From Abditibacteriaceae bacterium (GTDB lineage Bacteria > Armatimonadota > Abditibacteriia > Abditibacteriales > Abditibacteriaceae), in contig JANPJS010000277.1 of assembly GCA_031425655.1 (NCBI GenBank), positions 1-15,578 on the forward strand: 15,578 bases of DNA, written 5' to 3'. The notes beneath the pieces were generated by a model that searched no databases, had not been told where the DNA came from, and saw only the letters and a program-made list of their open reading frames with translations. Position numbers and translations under genes: made by a program. This document shows positions 1 through 7,869 of this stretch, piece after piece. Position 1 is the first letter of the stretch. The number at the start of each line of letters is the position of its first letter.

Positions 1-28
1 ATCTTTCAAGTCGCTCCACTCAAGACAA

Positions 29-81
29 GATTCTTCGACTGCGCTCCATTCGTGCCTCACTCCGCTCCGCTCAGAATGACA
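29..81. repeat. REP-like short palindromic element (GATTCTTCG...CGCTCAGAATGACA type)
   Basis: ATTCT (30-34) and AGAAT (73-77) are complementary ends around CGCTCC-rich sequence. It resembles, from recall only, the widespread TGTCATTCTGAGCG...GAAGAATC intergenic repeats. A partner copy could lie upstream of the window. Confidence 0.5.
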
Positions 82-152
82 AAACTCTTCGTTGGTTTCA
101 TCTCACAGAAATTTCCTCATGGTCATTAATTTAGGAACTCTAAGGGAAGCAC

Positions 153-497
153 ATGGCGCTCAATGCAACGATTGAACCGTTCAAACCGCTGCTCCAAGAC
201 TTGTCGCGTTGGCTAAACGCGGCGTCTGTGCGTGGCGCAATTATCGGAGGCGTGGCGGCTTCGATCTGGGGCCGTCCGCGCACCACGCGCGATGTGGACA
301 TAACCGTCATTTTGCTTGGAGCTTGGGGCGGGGCTATCGCCCTCTTCCAAACTAAGAGACTCAGAAGTTGCCGGTTTGGAAGAGGGCGATAGCCCCGCCC
401 CATTGCTTACATTCGCCGCTGCGTCGGAGAATTGGCGGCTTTTCTTGATGCTCCAGAGCTGCTTTCCAACCTCGACTCTCTGCTCGCGCGTCGTTAA
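153..497 (+). pseudogene. Disrupted nucleotidyltransferase (Pol-beta superfamily, DUF6036/AbiEii-like)
   Basis: AAGGGAAG precedes ATG153. The N-terminus carries IIGGVAASIWGRPRTTRDVD, the GG...R-T-x-D-x-D nucleotidyltransferase motif. The frame runs into a hairpin with TAG at 390-392. The same frame resumes at 402 as IAYIRRCVGELAAFLDAPELLSNLDSLLARR-TAA(495-497), an amphipathic helical tail like the family C-terminus. The central part of the protein is missing. Confidence 0.75.
324..402. repeat. REP doublet (REPIN/MITE-like) with perfect 29-bp inverted arms
   Basis: TGGGGCGGGGCTATCGCCCTCTTCCAAAC (324-352) is the exact reverse complement of GTTTGGAAGAGGGCGATAGCCCCGCCCCA (374-402), with a 21-nt spacer. 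Each arm has its own GGGCG/CGCCC mini-stem. Confidence 0.9.
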
Positions 498-604
498 AAG
501 TGCCACATAGCGGCTGCTTCGCTGTCAAAAACAGGAACTTTTGCGCCCTTCTAAACTCTGAAAGACACCATAATTTCACCGCCGGCGGGCCAATTTTATT
601 TTCC

Positions 605-3163
605 ATGAACTTCGCTAATCATTCTCGTTCACGCGCTCCCTTTGCGCTTTTCGGCGCCGGGATGGCGGCTTCGCTGTGGATTTCCGCTCCGGCGCAAACC
701 GCAACGCAATATGTGCCGATTCGCCTCGCTGCCGCGCCCAACCTCGAAGGCGCCAAGTTTTTCGACACACAAGTGCAGCCCGTTCTGACGGCGCAGTGTT
801 CACGCTGTCACGGCGCGGAAAAAGCCAAAGGCGACTTGCGCTTAGATTCGCGCGAAGCGATTCTCAAAGGCGGTGTTTCGGGGCCGTCGGTAGACCTCAA
901 AAAGCCCGCCGACAGCCTGCTGATTAAAGCTATCAATCACGCCACCGAAGATTTGCAGATGCCGCCCGGCAACAAGATGGCAAAATCGCAGATTGACCTT
1001 CTCACCAAATGGGTGGAAATGGGCTTGCCGTGGAGCGCCAAAACCGGCGCGACGGCGCCCGCCGCGCATCACGGCCCGCCGCCGGTCAACGCCGAAACCA
1101 TGAAATGGTGGTCGTTCCAGCCGGTCAAAAAAACTGTCGTGCCGGTCGTCAAAAACAAGAAATGGGTGGCCAATCCGATTGACAATTTCGTGTTGGCCAA
1201 ACTCGAAGCCAACGGCCTGAAACCGGCGCCGCCGGCCAGCCGCGAGGCGCTTTTGCGCCGCGCTTATTATGACCTTATCGGCTTGCCGCCCACGCCCGGC
1301 GAAGTGCAAAATTTCGTCGCCGACAAAACGCCGAACGCTTACGAAAAAGTCGTGGACACCCTGCTCGCTTCGCCGCAATATGGCGAGCGCTGGGGCCGTC
1401 ACTGGCTCGATTTGGTGCGCTACGCCGAAAGTAACTCCTTCGAGCGCGACGGCACCAAACCTTTCGTGTGGCGCTACCGCGACTACGTCATCAAATCGCT
1501 CAACGCCGACAAACCTTACGATCAATTCCTCAAAGAGCAGTTAGCCGGCGATGAAATGCCGGGTGCCACGCCCGAAACGCTGATCGCAACCGGCTATTAT
1601 CGTTTGGGCCAGTGGGACGACGAGCCGAGCGACGTAGAACAGGCGCGCTTCGACGAACTCGACGACATCGTGGGCACGACCGCGCAAACCACGTTAGGCA
1701 TGACGGTCAATTGCGCACGTTGCCACGACCACAAAATTGATCCAATTCCGCAAAAAGATTACTATCGCTTTTTGGCGTTTTTCCGGGGCACGACCCGCTA
1801 CGGCGGCGGCGGACGAAACGTGGAGCAGGCTTCGCTGCGTCCGATTGCTTCGCAGGAAGAGCAGGCGCGCTTCAAAAACGAATCGGAGGCTTATAAAAAG
1901 CAAGTCGAAGATTTGAACAAGCAGCTTGAAGCGATTGAAAAAACCGTCCGCGACGATTTCAGCAACCCGGAAAAAGAAGATTTCAAAAATGCGCAAAACC
2001 GCATTCCGATTTTGAAAAAGCGCGTGCCGGACAAGCTCTCGCAAGCCGATTTCGACAATTACGGGACGCTGACTGCGCAACGCAACGCACTGAATGCCAA
2101 GCCGCCGAAGGGCTTGGAAATGGCCCTCGCCATTACCGAAGACGGACGCGAAGCGCCCAAAACCCACGTCTTGTTTCGTGGCAGCCCGGCCTCGCCGACC
2201 GACGAAGTGCAGCCCGGTTTCCTGTCGGTTTTAGGCGCGCCGGAAACTCAAATTCCCGCGCCCAGCGCCGATGCGAAAACCACAGGACGCCGCACCGTTT
2301 TAGCGAATTGGATCGCTAATGCCAACAATCCGCTGACGGCGCGCGTGATGGCTAACCGCATCTGGCAATATCACTTCGGACGCGGATTGGTGCGCTCAAC
2401 CAGCAACTTTGGCTTCATGGGCACGCCGCCCACGCATCCCCAATTGCTCGATTATCTGGCGTCCGAGTTCGTCGCTAAAGGCTGGCGCCTGAAAGCGATG
2501 CATAAGACAATCATGCTGTCGAACGCTTACAAAATGTCGTCGCAAAGCAACGCGGCGGCGCTGGCTAAAGACCCGGACAACGACTTGCTTTGGCGCTTTG
2601 ATATGCGCCGCCTCCATTCCGAAGAAGTGCGCGACTCGATTTTGAAAGCGAATGGTTCTCTCAATCTCGACGGCGGCGGGCCGAGCATTTTCGTGGAAAT
2701 TCCGCCCGAAGTTTTGGCCGGGCAATCGGTGCCGGGCAGCAACTGGGGCAAAAGTTCGCCCGCCGAAGCCGCGCGGCGCAGCGTTTATATTCATGTCAAG
2801 CGTTCGTTAACGGTGCCGATTTTGGCTTCGTTCGATTCCGCCGACACCGACCAAACCTGTCCGGTGCGCTTCGCCACCACGCAGCCGACGCAGGCGCTGA
2901 GCATGATGAACTCCAAGTTCACCGGCGAGCAAGCCACGCTTTTCGCCAACTCGCTGAAAGAACAGGCCGGCCCTGATTTGAATAAGCAGGTGCAACTCGG
3001 ACTGTGGCGCGTGATGCAGCGCGCACCGAGCGAAAAAGAAATCGCGCGCGGCGTGAATCTGATTCGCAAACTACAAGAGAAAGATGGCCTCACCGAACCC
3101 GCCGCGCTCCGCGCGTATTGTCTGGTGCTGCTGAACTTGAACGAGTTTTTGTATTTGGACTAA
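605..3163 (+). CDS. PSD1 and planctomycete cytochrome c domain protein (PSCyt1 + DUF1549 + DUF1553), Sec-exported, two CxxCH motifs
   Basis: ATG605 is chosen over GTG500 because it opens a signal peptide (..RAPFALFGAGMAASLWISAPAQTA). Heme motifs are CSRCH (797-811) and CARCHDHK (1712-1726). Family motifs: NPIDNFV, LLRRAYYDLIGLPPT, YGERWGRHWLDLVRYAES, NPLTARVMANRIWQYHFGRG, HPQLLDYLA, RRSVY, TQPTQAL, LLNLNEFLYLD. Confidence 0.93.
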   Translation: MNFANHSRSRAPFALFGAGMAASLWISAPAQTATQYVPIRLAAAPNLEGAKFFDTQVQPVLTAQCSRCHGAEKAKGDLRLDSREAILKGGVSGPSVDLKKPADSLLIKAINHATEDLQMPPGNKMAKSQIDLLTKWVEMGLPWSAKTGATAPAAHHGPPPVNAETMKWWSFQPVKKTVVPVVKNKKWVANPIDNFVLAKLEANGLKPAPPASREALLRRAYYDLIGLPPTPGEVQNFVADKTPNAYEKVVDTLLASPQYGERWGRHWLDLVRYAESNSFERDGTKPFVWRYRDYVIKSLNADKPYDQFLKEQLAGDEMPGATPETLIATGYYRLGQWDDEPSDVEQARFDELDDIVGTTAQTTLGMTVNCARCHDHKIDPIPQKDYYRFLAFFRGTTRYGGGGRNVEQASLRPIASQEEQARFKNESEAYKKQVEDLNKQLEAIEKTVRDDFSNPEKEDFKNAQNRIPILKKRVPDKLSQADFDNYGTLTAQRNALNAKPPKGLEMALAITEDGREAPKTHVLFRGSPASPTDEVQPGFLSVLGAPETQIPAPSADAKTTGRRTVLANWIANANNPLTARVMANRIWQYHFGRGLVRSTSNFGFMGTPPTHPQLLDYLASEFVAKGWRLKAMHKTIMLSNAYKMSSQSNAAALAKDPDNDLLWRFDMRRLHSEEVRDSILKANGSLNLDGGGPSIFVEIPPEVLAGQSVPGSNWGKSSPAEAARRSVYIHVKRSLTVPILASFDSADTDQTCPVRFATTQPTQALSMMNSKFTGEQATLFANSLKEQAGPDLNKQVQLGLWRVMQRAPSEKEIARGVNLIRKLQEKDGLTEPAALRAYCLVLLNLNEFLYLD

Positions 3164-3166
3164 CAC

Positions 3167-3288
3167 TTTCAATGGAACACGGAGCTTCGCTACACGGAAA
3201 CAGCAAGGATTCACACGGATTTTTCTTGGAATTGATCTGTGTCAATCCGTGTCGTTTCCGTGTAGCGAAGCTCCGTGTTCCGTTGAAA
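3167..3288. repeat. Long intergenic palindrome built of CACGGA/TCCGTG units
   Basis: 3167-3201 pairs with 3254-3288 at 34 of 35 positions by Watson-Crick plus one G-T. An inner imperfect stem pairs GGATTCACACGGAT with ATCTGTGTCAATCC. CACGGA-like units start at 3178, 3193, 3204 and 3214. Confidence 0.9.
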
Positions 3289-3318
3289 AGTTTGAGGTTT
3301 TGAAACATTAGGAATTTT

Positions 3319-4776
3319 ATGAGCAAACCTGAATTTTGCGGGCGCACACGACGCGAGTTTTTATGGCAGGCGGGCGGCGGCTTTATGGGTCTGGCGCTTT
3401 CGCAAATGCTGGATAACGACTTTTTGGGCCAACAAGCCGTCGCAGCGGACGGCAAAACGCCGTTCGTCAACCCGTTGGCGCCCAAAAAGCCGCACTTTCC
3501 GGCCAAAGCCAAAAGCGTGATCTTCCTTTATATGTATGGCGGGCCGAGCCAGCTTGACACCTTCGATTACAAGCCGAAAATGAAGGGCATGGACGGCAAA
3601 ACCGTCGAAGTGAAAACCTTCGGACGCGGCGGCAAGAAAAACGGCGGGCGCATCATCGAAACGCCATTCCAGTTCGCGCAGCACGGGCAGTCGGGCGCGT
3701 GGGTTTCGGAGATTTTCCCCAACGTGGCGACTTGCGTGGACGACATCGCGTTCATCAAATCCATGACGGCAGATTCGCCGATTCACGGCTCGGCCATGTT
3801 GCAAATGAACACCGGCAAAATCCTCAGCGGCAGCCCGTGCATGGGTTCGTGGATCAATTACGGACTGGGCACAGTCAACGAGAATCTGCCTGGCTTCGTG
3901 GTCATGCTCGACCCGCGCGGCGGCCCGATTTCCGGCCCGCGCAACTGGACGAGCGGTTATATGCCGGCCAGCTATCAGGCCACGGTCATCAACGCCGGCG
4001 ACTCGCCGATTCTCGATCTCAAGCGGCCCGATAACATCAGCGAAAACGCGCAGCGCAATATGCTCGATACACTGCAAGAATACAACGGCGAGCATCAGAA
4101 TTTGCGCGCCGATAACAACAATTTGGCGGCGCGCATCGCCAGCTACGAACTGGCTTACAAGATGCAAAGCGCGGCGCCCGAAGCCACCGATTTGCGCAGC
4201 GAAAGCGAGGCGATGAAGGAATCTTATGGCCTCAACGACAAGGTCACCGCGCCTTTTGGCCGCCAATGCCTGATGGCGCGGCGCTTAGTCGAGCGCGGCG
4301 TGCGCTTCGTGCAGATTTATTCCGGCGGCTCGCACAACGCCACGACGTGGGACGCGCACGACGATATCGGCAGAAATCACCGTCTGCACGCCGGAGAAAC
4401 CGACAAGCCCATCGCCGCCTTGATGAAAGACCTCAAACAGCGCGGAATGTTGGACTCCACGCTCATCGTGTGGGGCGGCGAATTTGGCCGCCAGCCGACG
4501 GCGGAATACGCAGTCGGCAGCGGGCGCGACCACAATTCCTTCGGCTTCACGATGTGGATGGCCGGCGGCGGCATCAAAGGCGGCCAAAGCATCGGCGCGA
4601 CCGACGAATTAGCCAGCGCCGCCGTCGAAGAACCCTTCAAAGTCAATAATCTGCACGCCACGGTTTTGAATCAAATGGGCATGGACCCGAATCGCCTGAC
4701 CTATTTTTACGGCGGACTCGATCACAAGCTCGTAGGAGTCGCCGGTGCCGAGCCGATCAAGAAACTCATCGCTTAA
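3319..4776 (+). CDS. DUF1501 domain protein, Tat-exported (alkaline phosphatase/sulfatase-like fold)
   Basis: AGGAA lies upstream. Twin-arginine signal RTRREFLW. Family motifs: AKAKSVIFLYMYGGPSQLDTFD, CLMARRLVERGVRFVQ, WDAH, GEFGRQP, GRDHN, WMAGGGIKGG. Confidence 0.93.
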   Translation: MSKPEFCGRTRREFLWQAGGGFMGLALSQMLDNDFLGQQAVAADGKTPFVNPLAPKKPHFPAKAKSVIFLYMYGGPSQLDTFDYKPKMKGMDGKTVEVKTFGRGGKKNGGRIIETPFQFAQHGQSGAWVSEIFPNVATCVDDIAFIKSMTADSPIHGSAMLQMNTGKILSGSPCMGSWINYGLGTVNENLPGFVVMLDPRGGPISGPRNWTSGYMPASYQATVINAGDSPILDLKRPDNISENAQRNMLDTLQEYNGEHQNLRADNNNLAARIASYELAYKMQSAAPEATDLRSESEAMKESYGLNDKVTAPFGRQCLMARRLVERGVRFVQIYSGGSHNATTWDAHDDIGRNHRLHAGETDKPIAALMKDLKQRGMLDSTLIVWGGEFGRQPTAEYAVGSGRDHNSFGFTMWMAGGGIKGGQSIGATDELASAAVEEPFKVNNLHATVLNQMGMDPNRLTYFYGGLDHKLVGVAGAEPIKKLIA

Positions 4777-4780
4777 ATCA

Positions 4781-4883
4781 ATGAACCGCCAAGGACGCCA
4801 AGAGCGCCAAGAACAGCCTAAGTCGAAAAGATGGTTTTCATACGGGGCTGCTCTTGGCGCTCTTGGCGTCCTTGGCGGTTTAT
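4781..4883. repeat. 9-nt-periodic (CGCCAAG) palindromic element lying inside the CDS 5' end
   Basis: 4784-4812 is the perfect 29-bp reverse complement of 4852-4880. The stem extends to 4781-4818 / 4846-4883 with one A-C mismatch and one G-T pair. CGCCAAG occurs at 4787, 4796 and 4805. Confidence 0.92.
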
Positions 4884-7846
4884 CTTCTGCCGCCGAGCCG
4901 CTGAAATTCAGCCGCGACGTGCTGCCGATTCTCTCCGACAACTGCTTTGCCTGCCACGGCCCGGACGAGCGGGCGCGCAAGGCCGATTTACGGCTCGATC
5001 AAAAAGAAAGCGCCTTCGCGGGCAACGTGATTGTGCCCGGCAAAAGTGCCGAAAGCGAACTGATTAAACGCATCATTTCGCACGATCCCGATGAAGTGAT
5101 GCCGCCGTTAAAATCCGTTTCCAAACTGACGCAGGCGCAAATTCAAACCCTTAAAAAATGGATTGATGAAGGCGCAGTTTGGGGCAAGCATTGGGCCTTT
5201 GAAGCGCCGCAGCGCCCGGTTTTGCCTGCCGTCAAAAAGGCCGTTTGGCCCAAAAACTCGATTGACAATTTCATCCTCGCGCGGCTGGAAAGAGACGGCC
5301 TGATACCTTCGCCCGCAGCGCCAAAAGAAACGCTGATTCGCCGCGTCACCTTAGATTTAAACGGTTTGCCGCCCACGCCCGACGAAGTGGATAATTTCGT
5401 TGGGGATAAAGCGCCGGACGCTTACGAAAAAGTCGTTGACCGGCTGTTGGCGAGTCCGCGTTTTGGCGAACGCATGGTTTGGGATTGGTTGGATGCCGCG
5501 CGCTACGCCGACACCAACGGCTATCAGGGCGACCCGACGCGCGCCATGCACTTCTGGCGCGACTGGGCCATTGATGCGCTGAACTCCAACAAGCCTTTCG
5601 ACCAATTCACGATTGAACAGATTGCCGGCGATTTGTTGCCGAATCCGACAACATCGCAGCTTGTGGCGACGGGTTTTCACCGTAATCACATGATTAACGG
5701 CGAAGGCGGGCGCATCGCAGAAGAATCGCGCGTGGATTACGTCAACGACCGCGCCGAAACGACCGGCACCGTCTGGATGGGCCTCACCGTCGGCTGTGCA
5801 CGCTGCCACGATCACAAGTTCGACCCGATTTCGCAGCGCGATTACTACGGCCTTTACGCTTATTTCAACTCGATAGACGAAAGCGGCGCCAACGACGCCA
5901 ACGGCTTGGCCCGTCCGCTGCTGTCCCTTGCTTCCGCCGAGCAAACCCAAAAATTGGATGACTTGCGCGCCGTCGAAACCAACGCGAACAAAGCGCGCGA
6001 AACCATCGAAAAGCAACTGCGCGACAACCAAACGGCGTGGGAAACGGGGCTGCGCGGCGCCGATGGCAAGTGGCTCGAACCGGCGTGGCAGGCTTTAGCG
6101 CCGGATAGTTTGAAAAGCGCACAGGGCGCCGAGCTTATCAAGTTGGACGACACCAGCATTTTGGCAAAAGGCCCAAGTCCCGACAAAGACGATTACAGCA
6201 TCGCCGCGACTGCGCCGCCCGGCCTCATCACCGGCCTTAAGCTCGAAGTTTTGCCCGACGATTCGTTTATAAATAAGGGGCCGGGGCGGGCTGATAACGG
6301 CAACTTTGTCTTGAACGAATTGGAATTGACAATCGGCGGCAAAAAGCTGAATCTCGCTGCGATTAGCGCCGATTTCTCGCAGGAAAGTTGGGCCGTCGCG
6401 GGCGCTGCGGACGGCAAAATCGAAAGCGGTTGGGCTGTAATGCCCACTTTCGGCAAGCCGCTGAGCGCGATTTTCGCACTTCGTTCGCCGTCCGGCAACG
6501 CCGAAAAGTTGAATATCGCGCTGCGTTTTCAGTTCGGGCGCCAGCACACTTTGGGCCGTTTTCGCTTATCCGTTACAACTGCGCCCGCCGCGCTTTTACG
6601 GCCTTTGCCCGCCGATATTCGCGCCTTGCTGGACAAACCCGCCGGGGAGCGCAGCGACGCCGCGAAGCAGAAGGTTTTTGAATTCGCGCGCGATGGCGAC
6701 GCGCAATTTATCGCCGCGAAAGCGAATGCCGAGAACACAAAAAGAGCACGCGAAGGCTTTGAAAATTCCATCCCGCGCACCATGATTATGCGCGACCGTG
6801 ACAAGCCGCGCGACAGTTTCATTCTCGTTCGCGGCCAATACGACAAATACGGCGAAAAAGTCACGCCCGCGGTGCCGGCGACGCTGAATCCATTGCCCGA
6901 AGGCGCGCCGCCGAATCGTCTGGCTTTGGCCAAATGGATCGTCGCGCCCGATAACCCGCTGACGGCGCGCGTGGTCGTTAATCGTTACTGGCAAACGGTT
7001 TTCGGCACCGGATTAGTGAAAACTCCTGAAGATTTCGGCGTGCAGGGCGAACGCCCGTTTAATCCTGATTTGCTCGATTGGTTAGCCGTCGAATTCCGCG
7101 AAAGTGGCTGGGACGTGAAGAAAATGTTCAAGCTAATCGTGACTTCAGCGGCTTATCGTCAGTCGTCGAAAATAGCGCCGGGCATGGCCGAGCGCGACCC
7201 GGAAAATCGTTTAATCGCGCGCGGGCCGCGTTATCGCTTGCCGTCGTGGATGATTCGGGACGCGGCGCTGGCTGCCGGCGGTTTGTTGGTTGAAAAAGTG
7301 GGCGGGCCGCCGGTCAAGGGCTATCAGCCGCCGGGCGTGTGGGAAGACGCGACTTTCGGCACCATCGGCTATCAGCAGGAACACGGCGAGGCGCTTTATC
7401 GGCGCAGTTTGTATCAATTCTGGCGGCGCATCGTGGGGCCAACCGTCTTTTTCGATGTTGCAAACCGCCAAACCTGCACCGTCAAAGTCGCGCGCACCAA
7501 CACGCCGCTGCAAGCCCTGACCACATTGAACGATGTGACTTACGTCGAAGCAGCGCGGGCTTTGGCGCAGCGCGCGATGCTTGGCGGCGATGCGCCTGTT
7601 GCGCGCCTCGACACGATTTATCGTCTGGTTTTAGCGCGCCGTTCGAATGCCGCTGAGCAGAAAGTGTTGCTGGCAACGCATGAAAAACTGCGTGCCGGAT
7701 TCGCGCAAAATCCCGATGCCGCCAAAAAGCTGCTTGCTCTCGGTGAATCGAAGCGCGACGAAAAACTCGACACGGTCGAACACGCTTCGTGGACGGCGCT
7801 GTGCAACATGATTCTGAACTTAGACGAAACGCTGTCGAAGGAATGA
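4781..7846 (+). CDS. Second PSD1/planctomycete cytochrome c protein (PSCyt1 + DUF1549 + inserted beta-sandwich + DUF1553)
   Basis: ATG4781 lies 4 nt after the upstream stop; GTG4745 would overlap the upstream gene. Motifs: FSRDVLPILSDNCFACHGPD (CxxCH 4943-4957), CARCHDHK (5795-5809), RFGERMVWDWLDAARYADTNG, NPLTARVVVNRYWQ, YRRSLY, NTPLQAL, ILNLDETLSKE. Confidence 0.92.
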   Translation: MNRQGRQERQEQPKSKRWFSYGAALGALGVLGGLSSAAEPLKFSRDVLPILSDNCFACHGPDERARKADLRLDQKESAFAGNVIVPGKSAESELIKRIISHDPDEVMPPLKSVSKLTQAQIQTLKKWIDEGAVWGKHWAFEAPQRPVLPAVKKAVWPKNSIDNFILARLERDGLIPSPAAPKETLIRRVTLDLNGLPPTPDEVDNFVGDKAPDAYEKVVDRLLASPRFGERMVWDWLDAARYADTNGYQGDPTRAMHFWRDWAIDALNSNKPFDQFTIEQIAGDLLPNPTTSQLVATGFHRNHMINGEGGRIAEESRVDYVNDRAETTGTVWMGLTVGCARCHDHKFDPISQRDYYGLYAYFNSIDESGANDANGLARPLLSLASAEQTQKLDDLRAVETNANKARETIEKQLRDNQTAWETGLRGADGKWLEPAWQALAPDSLKSAQGAELIKLDDTSILAKGPSPDKDDYSIAATAPPGLITGLKLEVLPDDSFINKGPGRADNGNFVLNELELTIGGKKLNLAAISADFSQESWAVAGAADGKIESGWAVMPTFGKPLSAIFALRSPSGNAEKLNIALRFQFGRQHTLGRFRLSVTTAPAALLRPLPADIRALLDKPAGERSDAAKQKVFEFARDGDAQFIAAKANAENTKRAREGFENSIPRTMIMRDRDKPRDSFILVRGQYDKYGEKVTPAVPATLNPLPEGAPPNRLALAKWIVAPDNPLTARVVVNRYWQTVFGTGLVKTPEDFGVQGERPFNPDLLDWLAVEFRESGWDVKKMFKLIVTSAAYRQSSKIAPGMAERDPENRLIARGPRYRLPSWMIRDAALAAGGLLVEKVGGPPVKGYQPPGVWEDATFGTIGYQQEHGEALYRRSLYQFWRRIVGPTVFFDVANRQTCTVKVARTNTPLQALTTLNDVTYVEAARALAQRAMLGGDAPVARLDTIYRLVLARRSNAAEQKVLLATHEKLRAGFAQNPDAAKKLLALGESKRDEKLDTVEHASWTALCNMILNLDETLSKE

Positions 7847-7869
7847 GCTGGGGCAAGACCCGCAAAGCC

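Noticed and set aside
312..408. TTGCTT as a simple target-site duplication with clean insertion
   Set aside because: Excising 91 nt shifts the C-terminal fragment out of frame and still leaves the gene far too short. A 6-mer match may be chance or microhomology.
541..574. Sigma-70 promoter TTGCGC...CATAAT for the PSD1 operon
   Set aside because: The 22-nt spacing is too long. The -10-like hexamer alone is insufficient evidence.
500..604. N-terminal extension of the first PSD1 ORF from GTG500
   Set aside because: AT-richer, promoter-like sequence. The signal peptide begins at ATG605.
3361..4266. Long antisense ORFs (e.g. 3361-4266, 842-1525, 5357-6031, 12886-13431)
   Set aside because: Shadows of GC-rich coding genes on the opposite strand, with no recognisable motifs.
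3167..4883. Short periodic repeats as a CRISPR array
   Set aside because: The units are 6-9 nt, arranged as inverted arms without unique spacers. No cas genes are present.
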